A DNA stretch of 64,000 nt from Alphaproteobacteria bacterium (GTDB lineage Bacteria > Pseudomonadota > Alphaproteobacteria > SP197). The first letter of the stretch is position 1, and every line of letters starts with the position of its first letter. Shown here piece after piece: positions 19,190 to 30,900 of the stretch. Under the pieces are notes generated by a model. That model searched no databases. It was not told where the DNA came from and was given only the letters and a program-made list of their open reading frames with translations. The stretch lies in assembly GCA_964291415.2 (NCBI GenBank), contig OZ219917.1, positions 32,001 to 96,000 on the forward strand, read 5' to 3'. The position numbers were made by a program, and so were the translations under genes.

Positions 19190-21141
19190 TGAACGACGTT
19201 CTCTGGTCCCCTGGCGAGGAGCGCCGGGAGGCAACAGCCCTGAATCAGTTCCGGCGCCTGGCCGAGGAGGCGAGCGGACGGTCGTTCCCGGACTACGAGT
19301 CGCTGTGGCGCTGGTCCATCGATGACCGGGCGTCCTTCTGGGCGCTCGTCTGGAGGTTCGCCGGTGTCAGGGCGTCCCGAGGATGGGAGACGGTTCTCGA
19401 GAATGGCGATGCCATGCCCGGGGCCCGCTGGTTCACCGGGGCCCGCCTCAACTATGCCGAGAACCTGCTCTGCAAGCGCGACGACACCATGGCCATCGTG
19501 TGCCGCGGAGAGGGTGGCCGCCGGCGCGCCATGACCTTCGCGGATCTCCACGACGCGGTCGCGGCCATGAGCGCCTGGCTCGGCAAGCAGGGAGTCCGCC
19601 GCGGCGATCGTGTCGCGGGGTATCTCCCCAATCTGCCCGAGACCATCGTCGCCAAGCTGGCGACGGCCAGCCTGGGCGCGGTGTGGTCGTCCTCGTCGCC
19701 GGATTTCGGAACCAGGGGCGTCCTCGACCGCTTCGGCCAGATTGACCCGAAGGTGCTGATCACCGCCGACGGCTATCTTTATGGCGGCCGCCATTTCGAC
19801 AGCAGGCCAAGGGTGGCGGAGATTCTGGATGCCATGCCGGGCATCGGGCACGTCGTCGTCGTTCCCTGGGCGGACCAGGACTGCGACACGGGGGGTCTGC
19901 GGGATGCCGTGACCTGGAAGGAGGTGATGGCGACATCCCATGACGGCATCGACTTCGAACAGGTGCCGTTCGATCACCCCCTCGCCATTCTCTATTCCTC
20001 GGGCACCACGGGCGCGCCCAAGTGCATCGTCCACGGGCATGGCGGCACCCTCCTCCAGCACCTCAAGGAACATCGGCTGCATTGCGACATTCGCGACGGA
20101 GACCGTCTGTTCTACTTCTCGACCTGCGGCTGGATGATGTGGAACTGGCAGGTGAGCGCCCTGGCGACGGGGGCCACCCTGGCGATCTACGAGGGTCATC
20201 CGGCATCGCCGGACGGCCATGTCCTGTGGGACTTCTGCCAGGAGGAGCGGTTCACCGCATTCGGCGCCTCGGCAAAGTACTTCGCGGCCATCGAAAAGGA
20301 GGGGATCCGGCCGGCCCTGAGTCACGATCTCGAGGATCTCCGCCTCGTTCTCTCCACGGGCTCGCCCCTGGCGCCAGGGAGCTTCGACTACATCTATCGC
20401 GACGTGAAGGAGGATGTTCAGCTGGCGTCGATATCCGGCGGAACGGACATCATCTCCTGCTTCGTTCTCGGCAACCCCGAGGGCGCCGTGCGCCGCGGGG
20501 AAATCCAGGCGCGCGGTCTCGGCATGGCCGTCGACATCTTCGATGACCGCGGCAACAGCCTCCCTGCCGGCCGGACAGGTGAACTCGTGTGCACGCGGCC
20601 CTTCCCCTCCATGCCGGTGGGATTCTGGAACGACGACGACGGCAGCCTCTACCACCAGGCCTACTTCGACACGTTCGACAACGTCTGGCGGCACGGCGAT
20701 TGGGCCGAGATCACGGCCGCCGGCGGCATCGTCATTCACGGACGTTCCGACACCGTGCTCAATCCCGGCGGCGTGCGCATCGGCACCGCCGAGATCTACC
20801 GCCAGGTGGACATCTTCGAGGAAATCCAGGAGAGCCTCGCCGTCGGCCAGGATGTGGCCGGCGATGTCCGCATCATTCTCTTCGTGGTCATGCAACCGGG
20901 CCATGAACTCGACGACGACCTCGTTTCCAGGATTCGCACGCGGATCCGGACCCACGCGTCTCCCCGCCACACCCCGGCACGGATCGTCGCGGTGGCCGAC
21001 ATCCCGCGCACCCGGTCCAACAAGATCAGCGAACTCGCCGTGCGTCACGTCATTCACGGCCGGCCGGTCGCCAACACCGAGGCCCTTGCCAATCCCGAAT
21101 CGCTGAGCCTCTTCGAGAACCTGGAGGCCCTGAAGGACTGA
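19189..21141 (+). CDS. Acetoacetate--CoA ligase
   Basis: YSSGTTGAPKCIVHG, GWMMWNW, SISGGTDI and GRSDTVLNPGGVRIGT motifs. Confidence 0.93.
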   Translation: MNDVLWSPGEERREATALNQFRRLAEEASGRSFPDYESLWRWSIDDRASFWALVWRFAGVRASRGWETVLENGDAMPGARWFTGARLNYAENLLCKRDDTMAIVCRGEGGRRRAMTFADLHDAVAAMSAWLGKQGVRRGDRVAGYLPNLPETIVAKLATASLGAVWSSSSPDFGTRGVLDRFGQIDPKVLITADGYLYGGRHFDSRPRVAEILDAMPGIGHVVVVPWADQDCDTGGLRDAVTWKEVMATSHDGIDFEQVPFDHPLAILYSSGTTGAPKCIVHGHGGTLLQHLKEHRLHCDIRDGDRLFYFSTCGWMMWNWQVSALATGATLAIYEGHPASPDGHVLWDFCQEERFTAFGASAKYFAAIEKEGIRPALSHDLEDLRLVLSTGSPLAPGSFDYIYRDVKEDVQLASISGGTDIISCFVLGNPEGAVRRGEIQARGLGMAVDIFDDRGNSLPAGRTGELVCTRPFPSMPVGFWNDDDGSLYHQAYFDTFDNVWRHGDWAEITAAGGIVIHGRSDTVLNPGGVRIGTAEIYRQVDIFEEIQESLAVGQDVAGDVRIILFVVMQPGHELDDDLVSRIRTRIRTHASPRHTPARIVAVADIPRTRSNKISELAVRHVIHGRPVANTEALANPESLSLFENLEALKD

Positions 21142-21296
21142 ATATCGCCACACGATCCCCTGCCGGATGTGACAAGGATGGGAATGTCCCTCTTCGAGAG
21201 GTGGCAGGGGTGGGCGTGAATCGGCGGGATGATCTGTGCTATGGATTTCAGATGGTGACGACACCCACAACCACGACACGGGACGGAACGGCTGTC

Positions 21297-21818
21297 ATGA
21301 ACCTGAGTTCGCGCATCTTCTCATGCTGTCTGCTGGTTCTCGCACTCCTCGTGCCGGGGCCCGAAGCCGGGGCCGAGGAGCCGAAATCGCTGGGCACCTT
21401 CCGGGACTGGTCGGCCTTCGGCTACACCGATGGCGACACGCTGGTCTGCTTCATCGCCAGCCAGCCGACGAAGGCGGAAGGCAACTACACCCAGCGCGGC
21501 GACATCTGGATACTCGTCACGCATCGTTCTCCGGCAGGCGAACGGGATGTCGTCCAGGTCCGCACGGGCTACAACTACATGGAGAATGCGCCGGTCACGG
21601 TGACGATCGGCGACGAGACCTTCACCCTGTTCGGCGAGGGCGAGAGCGCCTGGGCATTCACCCGCCATGACGACAGGGACCTCGTGACCGCCATGAAGGC
21701 CGGTGTCCGCATGGTCATCGAGGGGCGCTCCTGGCGGGGCACCGTGACCACCGATACCTACTCGCTGCTGGGCTTCACGGCTGCCTACGACGTCATCAGC
21801 CAGACCTGCGCCGAATGA
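21297..21818 (+). CDS. Invasion-associated locus B (IalB)-family exported protein
   Basis: Signal peptide; LGTFRDW, AMKAG and [13 protein letters not shown] motifs; position upstream of rlmN. Confidence 0.85.
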   Translation: MNLSSRIFSCCLLVLALLVPGPEAGAEEPKSLGTFRDWSAFGYTDGDTLVCFIASQPTKAEGNYTQRGDIWILVTHRSPAGERDVVQVRTGYNYMENAPVTVTIGDETFTLFGEGESAWAFTRHDDRDLVTAMKAGVRMVIEGRSWRGTVTTDTYSLLGFTAAYDVISQTCAE

Positions 21819-22918
21819 CGGGTGACCGGGTGAATCTCATCGGACTGGACCGGAGCGAACTTGCTGACGTCGTCGCCGGTCTCGGTGAGGCCCCGTTCCG
21901 CGTCAAGCAGCTCTGGCACTGGATCTATTGCCGCGGGGTCACGAATTTCGCGGACATGACCTCCCTGTCGGGAGCCTTGCGCGAGAGATTCGCGGCGTCC
22001 TTCAGTCTCGACCGGCCCGACGTGGTGCGCCACCAGAAGAGCGCGGACGGGACCATGAAGTGGCTGCTCGGCATGGACCGGCGCCACCTCGTCGAGAGCG
22101 TGTACATCCCGCAGGACGACAGGGGCGCGCTCTGCATGTCGTCCCAGGTCGGCTGCACGCTGACCTGCAGGTTCTGCCACACCGGAACGCAGCGTCTCGT
22201 GCGCAACCTGGAACCCGGAGAGATCGTCGGCCAGTTCATGCTCGCCCGCGATACCCTGGGCGAGTGGCCGGCTCCGCTGGACGGCAAACGGCTGCTCTCC
22301 AACATCGTCATGATGGGCATGGGAGAACCGCTCTACAATTTCGACAACGTCAAGACGGCCCTCGCCATCATCATGGACCCGGAAGGGATCGCCCTGTCGC
22401 GCCGGCGCATCACGCTGTCGACCGCGGGCGTGGTGCCGATGATGAAGCGATGTGGCGAGGAACTGGGCGTCGATCTTGCCGTCTCCCTGCATGCGGTCAA
22501 CGACGAAGTCCGCACCCGTCTCGTCCCCCTCAACAGGAAGTACCCGATCGGCGAGCTTCTCGATGCCTGCCGGGCCTACCCCGGAGCCGGCAATGCGCGG
22601 CGCATCACCTTCGAGTACGTCATGCTCAAGGACGTCAACGATTCGGATGCCGATGCCCGCGAACTGGTCCGCCTGCTCAAGGGAATCCCGGCCAAGGTCA
22701 ACCTCATCCCGTTCAATGCCTGGCCCGGAGCCCCCTTCGAATGTTCTCCGGCCAGGCGGATTGCCTCCTTCGCCGGCATCGTCAATGACGGCGGTTATTC
22801 CGCTCCCGTCCGCCGACCGCGCGGACGCGACATCATGGCCGCCTGCGGACAGCTCAAGTCCGACACGGTCAAGATGCCCCGCAGCGCCATGACATCCGCC
22901 CCGCTCCCTGCCTTGTGA
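21815..22918 (+). CDS. rlmN: 23S rRNA m2A2503 / tRNA radical SAM methyltransferase
   Basis: [13 protein letters not shown] (CxxxCxxC), MGMGEP and AACGQL motifs. Confidence 0.97.
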   Translation: MTGDRVNLIGLDRSELADVVAGLGEAPFRVKQLWHWIYCRGVTNFADMTSLSGALRERFAASFSLDRPDVVRHQKSADGTMKWLLGMDRRHLVESVYIPQDDRGALCMSSQVGCTLTCRFCHTGTQRLVRNLEPGEIVGQFMLARDTLGEWPAPLDGKRLLSNIVMMGMGEPLYNFDNVKTALAIIMDPEGIALSRRRITLSTAGVVPMMKRCGEELGVDLAVSLHAVNDEVRTRLVPLNRKYPIGELLDACRAYPGAGNARRITFEYVMLKDVNDSDADARELVRLLKGIPAKVNLIPFNAWPGAPFECSPARRIASFAGIVNDGGYSAPVRRPRGRDIMAACGQLKSDTVKMPRSAMTSAPLPAL

Positions 22919-22925
22919 GGAACCG

Positions 22926-24155
22926 ATGGACAAGCGACACAGCTGGCCCGACAACCACTGGAACTGGCCGATTGCCATCAACCACAAGCACGGTGTGCGC
23001 TGTGGCTCGATGATCTGGCTGGGAGGCCAGGTCGATCTTTCTCCCGACGGAGTGGTCCGCAATCCCGGGAACATCGAAGCCCAGACCGGCAATGCGATGG
23101 CCTATCTCGTCCGGGTCCTGGAGGATCTCGACTGCGTGCCGGAGGATCTCGTCACGCTTCTCATATTCTACGTCAACGATGGTTCCCTCGACGAACCGGA
23201 TGTTCTCGCCATGGTGGCGCGTCATCTCCCGAACGACTGCCGTCTCACCGTCAACGCCGTTCCGGTTCCCTGGCTCGCCTACGACGGTCTCATGATCGAG
23301 ATCGAGGGCTATGCCATGCGCCGCGAGGACGGCACGCCGACGCGCAGGGACATCGCTCCGGGACGGTCCGGCTCTCCGCTTGCAGCACCCTGGGTGGAGG
23401 GGCTGCGGTCGGACAGCATGATCTTCGTGTCGGCGCAGTACCCCTTCGACGGCGACGGCCACGTCGCGGCAGGGGGCGACATCGTTGCCCAGACCAGGCT
23501 GGTCATGGAGCGCGCAGGGCACGTCCTCGATCACTTCGGCGCCCGATTCGACGACGCGGTCAAGATCAACCGCTGGTATGCCGGCGGCTCCGGCATTGCC
23601 GACTTCGAGGCAGCCGCCCTCGCCTGCGCGGCACATTTCAATGAGCCCGGACCGGCCGCCACCGGCGTCCCCATCCCACGTCATGCCGACCGCGACGTCC
23701 TCATCAAGATTTCCATGGTCGCCATGCTCGGCGAGGATGGCGAACATCTCGAGCGCACCCACGTGTGGCCCGACAGTCTGTGGGACTGGCATGTGCATCT
23801 TCCCTACAAGCACGGGCTCAAGTGCCAGGACATGATTTTCCTTGGCGGCCAGGTCTCCCTCGACCGGCAGGGCACGGCGGTTCACCCGGACGATCTCTCG
23901 CGCCAGACACACCAGGCGATGATCCATATCGGCACCATTCTCGAAGCTCTCGGGGCCGGCTACGACGACGTCTGCAAGGTCACGACGGTCTACAAGGGCG
24001 ATTGCGGCGCCGAGGCGCTCAACGCCAACCTGCCCATCCGCTCGTCCTACTTCCACGACCCCGGTCCCGCCTCCACCGGCGTGCCGCTTCCGGTCCTGGC
24101 CTACGATTCCATGGTGATCGAGATCGATGTCTTCGCCATGAAAGGGTCCTCATGA
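22926..24155 (+). CDS. Rid (YjgF/YER057c/UK114) family protein with three tandem domains
   Basis: Three repeats of about 135 aa: [53 protein letters not shown]. Confidence 0.85.
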   Translation: MDKRHSWPDNHWNWPIAINHKHGVRCGSMIWLGGQVDLSPDGVVRNPGNIEAQTGNAMAYLVRVLEDLDCVPEDLVTLLIFYVNDGSLDEPDVLAMVARHLPNDCRLTVNAVPVPWLAYDGLMIEIEGYAMRREDGTPTRRDIAPGRSGSPLAAPWVEGLRSDSMIFVSAQYPFDGDGHVAAGGDIVAQTRLVMERAGHVLDHFGARFDDAVKINRWYAGGSGIADFEAAALACAAHFNEPGPAATGVPIPRHADRDVLIKISMVAMLGEDGEHLERTHVWPDSLWDWHVHLPYKHGLKCQDMIFLGGQVSLDRQGTAVHPDDLSRQTHQAMIHIGTILEALGAGYDDVCKVTTVYKGDCGAEALNANLPIRSSYFHDPGPASTGVPLPVLAYDSMVIEIDVFAMKGSS

Positions 24156-25408
24156 GCGATGTCAGGAAAGTCGTCCTCGCCTACTCCGGGGGACTCGACA
24201 CATCGGTCATCCTGCGCTGGCTCCAGGACGCCTGGCAGTGCGAGGTGGTGACGTTCACGGCGGACCTCGGACAGGGCGAGGATCTCGAGCCCGCTCGCGC
24301 CAAGGCGGCCATGATGGGCGTGAAGGAGATCTTCGTCGAGGATCTGCGCGAGGAGTTTGCCCGGAACTTCGTATGGCCGATGTTCCGGGCCAACGCTCTT
24401 TACGAGGGCGTCTACCTTCTCGGCACGGCGATCGCCCGGCCGCTCATTGCCATGCGCCAGATCGCGATCGCCCATGAGACAGGCGCCGATGCGGTGGCCC
24501 ATGGCGCGACGGGCAAGGGCAATGACCAGGTCCGGTTCGAACTCGGCTACCAGGCGCTCGATCCCGATATCAGGGTGATCGCCCCGTGGCGCGAATGGGA
24601 CCTCGGATCGCGGACGAAACTGATCGCCTACGCCGAGAGCCGGCAGATCCCCATTCCCCGCGACAGCCGGGGCGAGGCCCCCTTCTCGGTCGACGCCAAC
24701 CTCCTTCACATATCGGCCGAGGGAAAGGTCCTGGAGGACCCGGCGTCGGCGCCTCCCGATCACGTCTGGTCACGGACCGTCTCCCCACAGGACGCTCCGG
24801 ATGTTCCCACGGACGTGGAGATCGCCTTCGACAAGGGCGATGCCGTGGCTGTCGACGGCGAGGACCTGTCGCCGGCGAACCTGCTCGCCCGTCTCAACGA
24901 TCTCGGCGGCGCCAATGGCATCGGCCGTGTCGACATGGTGGAGAACCGTTTTGTCGGGATGAAGAGCCGCGGTGTCTACGAGACACCGGGAGGCACCATC
25001 CTGATCGCCGCCCACCGGGCCATGGAGTCGCTCACCCTCGACAGGGGTGCCGCCCATCTCAAGGACGAGCTCATGCCGCGGTATGCGGAACTCATCTACA
25101 ACGGATTCTGGTTCTCGCCGGAACGCGAGATGCTCCAGGCGCTCATCGACCGCAGCCAGGAACACGTCTCCGGAACGGTGCGCCTGACCCTCTACAAGGG
25201 AAACGTCACCGTGACCGGACGCCAGTCACCGCACTCGCTCTACAGCCTGGCCCACGTCACCTTCGAGGAGGACGCCGTCTACAACCAGCGCGACGCCGAG
25301 GGGTTCATCCGCCTCAATGCGCTGCGCCTCGCGCTGGCCAGCAAACGCGTATCGAAGGCTCCCGTGGTCCCTCCGACCGGCACCAAGCGGCCACGTCAAC
25401 AGCCATGA
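24152..25408 (+). CDS. argG: Argininosuccinate synthase
   Basis: [25 protein letters not shown] and [16 protein letters not shown] motifs. Confidence 0.97.
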   Translation: MSDVRKVVLAYSGGLDTSVILRWLQDAWQCEVVTFTADLGQGEDLEPARAKAAMMGVKEIFVEDLREEFARNFVWPMFRANALYEGVYLLGTAIARPLIAMRQIAIAHETGADAVAHGATGKGNDQVRFELGYQALDPDIRVIAPWREWDLGSRTKLIAYAESRQIPIPRDSRGEAPFSVDANLLHISAEGKVLEDPASAPPDHVWSRTVSPQDAPDVPTDVEIAFDKGDAVAVDGEDLSPANLLARLNDLGGANGIGRVDMVENRFVGMKSRGVYETPGGTILIAAHRAMESLTLDRGAAHLKDELMPRYAELIYNGFWFSPEREMLQALIDRSQEHVSGTVRLTLYKGNVTVTGRQSPHSLYSLAHVTFEEDAVYNQRDAEGFIRLNALRLALASKRVSKAPVVPPTGTKRPRQQP

Positions 25409-25471
25409 CAGGACGATCCACGGAGAAGCCTGCGCGTTCGGATTCCCGCACGGCTCGGGTCTTGCAGCCGG

Positions 25472-25498
25472 CAAGGGTGGCATGGTTTGCCACCCTTG
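25472..25498. promoter_or_regulatory. Putative ParD operator
   Basis: Perfect 11-bp inverted repeat CAAGGGTGGCA-N5-TGCCACCCTTG, 36 bp upstream of the antitoxin ATG. Confidence 0.6.
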
Positions 25499-25534
25499 AG
25501 GTAGGGTGGAGCAAACCCAACAGGGAATTCGAAC

Positions 25535-25816
25535 ATGCCAGCAAGCCATGCCCGAAACGTCGCGCTCACGCACGAACTCGCCCGGTTCGTCGACGATCTG
25601 GTAGCCGGCGGCGCCTACAATAGCGCAAGCGAGGTGGTGCGCGATGCGCTGCGTGAGCTCCAGCGTCGCACACGTGCCGACCAACTGACCGAAATCCGCG
25701 CGCGGGTCGGCATCGGGCTCGACCAGCTCGACCGCGGCGAGGGCCGTAGCGGCGCACCTGACGCCGTGATTGGCGACATCTTCAAGGAGGGGACGCGCCT
25801 GCACCGCGATCGATGA
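25535..25816 (+). CDS. ParD-like ribbon-helix-helix antitoxin
   Basis: RNVALT...GAYNSASEVVRDALR signature; ATGA overlap with the toxin gene. Confidence 0.9.
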   Translation: MPASHARNVALTHELARFVDDLVAGGAYNSASEVVRDALRELQRRTRADQLTEIRARVGIGLDQLDRGEGRSGAPDAVIGDIFKEGTRLHRDR

Positions 25817-26151
25817 AGACGGTCGTCTTCGCGCCCGCCGCGCTCGACCGGCTGGCCGAACTCCTCGCCTGGACCGTCGAGCGGTTCGGCGCCGCGCAGG
25901 CGGAGGCCTATGGGGCGCGGCTCGCGGGGCGGCTGGAGGCGCTCGCCGCGGGCGAGGGGCCGAGGGCGCAGCCATGTGAGCGGCTGATGCGCGGTGTGCG
26001 CGAGGTATCGGGGCTCGCGTTCTATCGCGAGGGCTCGCACTACCTGATTCTTCGCGATGGACCGGAGACGCTCGAAGTCGTTGAAATCTTCCACCAGCGC
26101 ATGAACATCGAGGCGCACCTGGAGCGTATGACGGGCCAGGAGCCATCCTGA
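25813..26151 (+). CDS. ParE/RelE-family toxin
   Basis: FAPAALDRL...WTVERFGAAQAEAY, SHYLI and IFHQRM motifs. Confidence 0.88.
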   Translation: MKTVVFAPAALDRLAELLAWTVERFGAAQAEAYGARLAGRLEALAAGEGPRAQPCERLMRGVREVSGLAFYREGSHYLILRDGPETLEVVEIFHQRMNIEAHLERMTGQEPS

Positions 26152-27059
26152 TTCGCGAGCGGCGGTGGGCGGGACCGATAGCCCTCCTGTTCGGACACGG
26201 AGAGCCGCTTGCCAGGGCGGACCGAACGCCGGGGCCGGCGGCGCCTGTCCGCCGTCCGCAGCAGTTCGGGGCGCGACCGGTGGCGGCGGCATCTGGTCCG
26301 CGCAGCCGTTCCTGCAATGCGCGGGCTTCCATCACCCGCGTCCCGATTTCCTCGTCACACCCGGTTGTCGTGAAAGGCCGGCTCGTCGGGAGGGACGAGG
26401 TGGACAGGCAATCCGGGTGAAGGCAGGTCGGACGAACCGTGGAACGGCTCGGGAATCCGCTCGCGAACAAACCCGGCGGGCGGCTTGTACCTGATCCCGT
26501 CCATCGCCCTCACAGCCTCTCATGCGGAATTGGAGAATCATACGCCGTGATCCTTGCGCGCGAGAGCGTGCGCACGGTCCTCGGGCGAAAGGGATTCGGG
26601 GGTCTGACGGGTGGTTCTGCGATGGCCTGGTGCGGGTCGGGTGCGATGTGCCTCCAGACGACAGACCGAGTGGAGGCGATTCGCTGACGGCCACCGCTTG
26701 TCATCAGATCGGCGGCGGTAACCCGGGGATGGTGCAAGTGATGGTACCGCTCTCGCCGTGCCCGATGCGAGCCGCAGGATCGGCACCCGGGATGGAGATG
26801 GTCGTCCATGGTCGGGCCACAAGCGGCGGGACGATACCCACGACCGGCGTGCACCGTTCGTGGAGCGGGCGCCACACGTCGGCGAAGCAGATGAGGACAC
26901 GGGCGGTCGGAATGTCGGGAGAGGGCCTTGCAGCACGGAGCAGACGCACGGACCCGGTTGGTCCGGGAGGGTACCGCAAGGCTGGACGCGTGAGGCTGGG
27001 CGCGTGAGTGTGTCGCCTTTCATGCTGCGGAGCGGTAAAGCGCGGGTTCGCGCATGCGG

Positions 27060-27944
27060 TCACTCGATGGTCGGCAACGCAGTCCTTCTGTCTCTCTGCG
27101 CCGCGCCGGGGACGCTCTTCGCGATGCGTGCATAGACATCGCTCATGGCTTCGAGAAAGGAGCCGTCCTGGTGCCAGAACTCGGGATAGTCTCCTGCCCG
27201 GCGCATCGGCAGAACCGAAACCGGCGGCAGCGGCCGGGAGGCGAGCGCTTCCGCTGTCAGCGTTTTGCCCAGCCAGAATTGCCGCGTGTCCGCCGGCGTC
27301 GCGTCCTCGACGGTTTCGCCGACGACCGGCAGGCGACGTTCGCCGAGGACCTTCCCGACATCAGACTCCACAGCGCCGTCATGACCGCCGAGGGCCGCAC
27401 CGAACTCGGACTTCGAGACCGCTGCCATCAGTGTCTTTCTCGGCATGCCGCGCAGCTCGAAGAGCAGGAACGGATCATGGTCGAGCAATGCAGCAACATG
27501 GAAATAGGCCCCCGCAACATGCTTGCAGGGGTTGGCCCAGTCGGGACAGCTGCATGACGAGACTATCTCCTTCTTCGTGCGCGGAAGAAGCATCACCCTC
27601 GATCCCTCGAAGGCGTTCTCGATCGTGGGGGGCATTTCACCCAGAATCAGGTGCGCGATCCAGTTGGCATTGCGACCAAGTCGGGAAAGGACCTTCTTCC
27701 ATGCCGGCTTGCTCACCTTTTCCAGCTGGACGGTGACCTTGTAGCGTGGCTCCTTGGTGACGCCGAAGTGCGGATTGATGTTGCCTCTGACCGTTGCGGT
27801 GATCCTGCCTCCCCGAATGTCGAAGGCGAGCAAGCGGTGGGGAGCGGCATAGCTTCGCCCGCGCGCCAGCCGGCCGGCATCCATCACCTGCTCCAGGGCC
27901 TTCAGGAACTCGGCCCCCCACCACGTCTTGCCCCTGGCGACCAT
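27060..27944 (-). CDS. SWIM zinc-finger protein
   Basis: TWWG, RLARGRSYA, CSCPDWANPCKH (CxC-CxH) and DPFLLFELRG motifs. Confidence 0.93.
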   Translation of the reverse strand: MVARGKTWWGAEFLKALEQVMDAGRLARGRSYAAPHRLLAFDIRGGRITATVRGNINPHFGVTKEPRYKVTVQLEKVSKPAWKKVLSRLGRNANWIAHLILGEMPPTIENAFEGSRVMLLPRTKKEIVSSCSCPDWANPCKHVAGAYFHVAALLDHDPFLLFELRGMPRKTLMAAVSKSEFGAALGGHDGAVESDVGKVLGERRLPVVGETVEDATPADTRQFWLGKTLTAEALASRPLPPVSVLPMRRAGDYPEFWHQDGSFLEAMSDVYARIAKSVPGAAQRDRRTALPTIE

Positions 27945-27962
27945 CGCAAGCCCCCTTTGCCG

Positions 27963-30900
27963 TCAGGCCACCACGGCCTGGCCACGGTCCAGGCTGATGA
28001 GCTCCCTGAAGGCTTCATTGCCCATGTCAGACAGCCACGATTCATCGGCTCCGATGATGTCGTCCACGAGTTTTTTCTTGGACTCGATGAGGGTGTCGAT
28101 CCGTTCTTCCAGTGTCCCCATGGTCACCATCTTGTGAACCATCACCATTCTGGTCTGGCCTATCCGGTAGGCGCGATCCGTCGCCTGGTTCTCCACGGCC
28201 GGATTCCACCAGCGGTCAAAGTGAATGACATGATTCGCCCGGGTCAGGGTCAACCCGGCGCCAGCCGCGCGCAACGACAGGACAAACACGGCGGGCTCGG
28301 AATCATCCTCCTGGAACTGCTCGACCATGGAGTCCCGCAGGGCGGACGGCGTTCCTCCATGCAGGTAGTAGACCGCCCTCTCCCCCATGCTGCGGACCAG
28401 CGTCTCGAGCGATCTGCCAATCTCGGTGAATTGCGTGAACAGAAGCACACTTTCTCCTTCGGCATTGATTTCGTCCAGCATCTCGCACACGCGTGCCAGC
28501 TTGTGGGATCGCTTGGCCGTGAACGCGCTTGCGTCCTGAAGAAACTGCGCCGGGTGATTGCATATCTGCTTCAGGCGCATGAGCGTCGCCAACATCAGGC
28601 CTCTGCGCTCGATGCCGTCCGATTCGTCCAGCTTCGATTCGACGTCCCTGAGAACCGCCTCGTACAATGTCGCCTGTTCCGTGGTCAGATTGCAGAAGGT
28701 GTTCTGTTCCACCTTCGCAGGCAGATCGCTGATGATCGACTTGTCGGTCTTCAGCCGCCGCAGAATGAAGGGACGAACCAGTTCCCGCAGTTCCTCGAGT
28801 CGCGCGCGGTTGCCGTCCCTCATGATGGGCCGTTCGAATTGCGTGCGGAATTCCGTTGCCGTTCCGAGGAAACCCGGATTGAGCACGCTGAACAGCGACC
28901 ACAGATCGAGAAGCCGGTTTTCCACCGGTGTGCCGGTCAGCGCAATGCGTCGCTCGGCACGGATACTGCGGAGCGTCTTGGTCACGGCGGCATTGGGGTT
29001 CTTGACGTTCTGGGCCTCGTCCACGACCAGACGCCGCCACGTGACGGTCCTGAGAATGTGCGAATCCAACCTCGCCACGCCGAACGAGACAATGACCAGA
29101 TCGACCGCGTCCACCGCCGACGTCAGTTCCCCGGCAGTCTTGGGCCGGTCGGGCCCGTGATGAATGACCACCTTCAACGTCGGCGCAAATCGATGCGCCT
29201 CCCTGAGCCAGTTTCCAAGAACCGACGTCGGAGCAACGAGCAAAGTGGGACCGGCCCGGGGACGGCTCGAGCCATCTTGAACGATCGCCGCGAGCACCTG
29301 GATCGTCTTGCCGAGACCCATGTCATCCGCGAGACAGGCACCCAATCCCAGCTTCTCCAGAAAGACAAGCCAGGAGAACCCGCGCCGCTGATAGTTTCTG
29401 AGTGTGCCTTCGAACCCTGATGGCTGCTGCTGTACGCCGAGCGCGTCGCTTTCCCTGAGGACCGCCATGGCGTCGTCCAGAGCCCCTTCGCAGGCAATCT
29501 CCACCCCCCGGTCAGCCTGGGCGCGCATGAAATCGGAGAACGTCATGGACCGGTCTTCGGCACCGGACTGCCAGTAGGATTCCAGGCCTGCCACTTCGTC
29601 GGCACTCAGTTCCATCCATTCGCCGCGCATGTGGACGAGACCTTCCTTGGCGGCGACGATCCGGTTCCACTCGTCGTCGGTCAGCGGCACACCGTCGATA
29701 ACGACATGGGGACTCCAGTCCACCACCGCGTCCATGCCCAGCAGACCCGACGAGTCCGTGCCCGCACTGCTTTTCCCGCTTTCCTGATAGCGAGCCCTTA
29801 TCTGAAGCCGGAGTCGACGTTGTCCCGACGCCGTCCACCACGACGGGACAATCACACGAAATCCCGCTCCCTGAAGGATCGGGGCGTCATTCCTCAGAAA
29901 CTGCAACGCTTCTTCCCGATCGAGTTCTATCGATGCGGGACGTTCGGATTCCATGCCGTCCCAAAGCCTGGGATAGAGACGTGCCGCCTGGCCGAGCTGC
30001 AGCAGGACACCCCTGACACTGCGGGACTGCCTGCTCGATCTCCAGAAGTCCTCAAGCGAGACGAGAAACGAGGGATCCTTGCGGGACGCCAGCAGCCATT
30101 CCAGACGCCAGGAATCCGGAGCGCCTTCACGGGCGTCCTCGAGCCGGAAACAAATGCTCTCGTCGGATTCGTCGGCGCTGCGGTTGATCATGTCGCGCCA
30201 GCGTTTCCATTGCTGCCAGAGGGTCTCCGACACGCCATTCCCGGCACCTGATCCGTGCAGGAGCGATTCACCGGGAAACACTTGCCGAAGACGTTTGCGG
30301 GCAGTCATCGGGACGGGCGTGCGCCAGATATGGCGATGCAATTCGACCGAGACAAAGTGCCGGATCAGGCCTTCGGCATCGCGCAGCGGCAGGCTCCCGT
30401 TTCCGGCCTCTGGCCGCTTCTCCCAGAGTGATCTGCAGATTCCCGGCATCGCGTCCGCGAAGTCGTCGACGAGGGAGTCCATGGCAGCGTCTGTCAGCTC
30501 CCAACCGGCTTCGAACGCCGCTCCCGAACCCGAGGTCCCGCGTCTTCTCCCGGATTTCCCGCCGGGGCCGGGTCGCGGAAAGATCGCTGGCAGGTATTCA
30601 TGACGCCGAATCGCATCCGCCAATCGTTCCGCGAGCCGAGCCCAATATTGAAGGTCGCTTCCAATTTTGACTGACGGAAGCGTCCGGATCGCATCGACAA
30701 GGCCGGACAGAGCCATGGGGCTGCTGATCTTGACCGCATCGATCTTCCAGGCGCGCCAATGCGTCGGCGCTGCGTCGTCAAGGCCGGCTGCGGTCTGCAA
30801 TTCGAGCGACGGCGACGGCCCTGTCGAACCGCTCGGAAGCACAACCCAGATGGGGGATGCGGGGGACTCCTCCGCCAGGCCCGATCCCGGGGAATTGATC

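Noticed and set aside
23765-24151. Apparent 129-aa N-terminal extension of ArgG (similar extensions on yidC, dapD, folD, nudC, dnaX, phhB)
   Set aside because: ORF-caller artefacts overlapping upstream genes or the SRP RNA; conserved N-termini begin at downstream starts
25350-25408. Pro-rich C-terminal tail of ArgG as a marker of an integration (att) site
   Set aside because: No matching direct repeat was found near folD and there is no integrase in the island
26760-26800. GADPAARIGHGE on the minus strand resembling an ankyrin repeat junction
   Set aside because: Single short match with no TPLH motif or 33-aa periodicity
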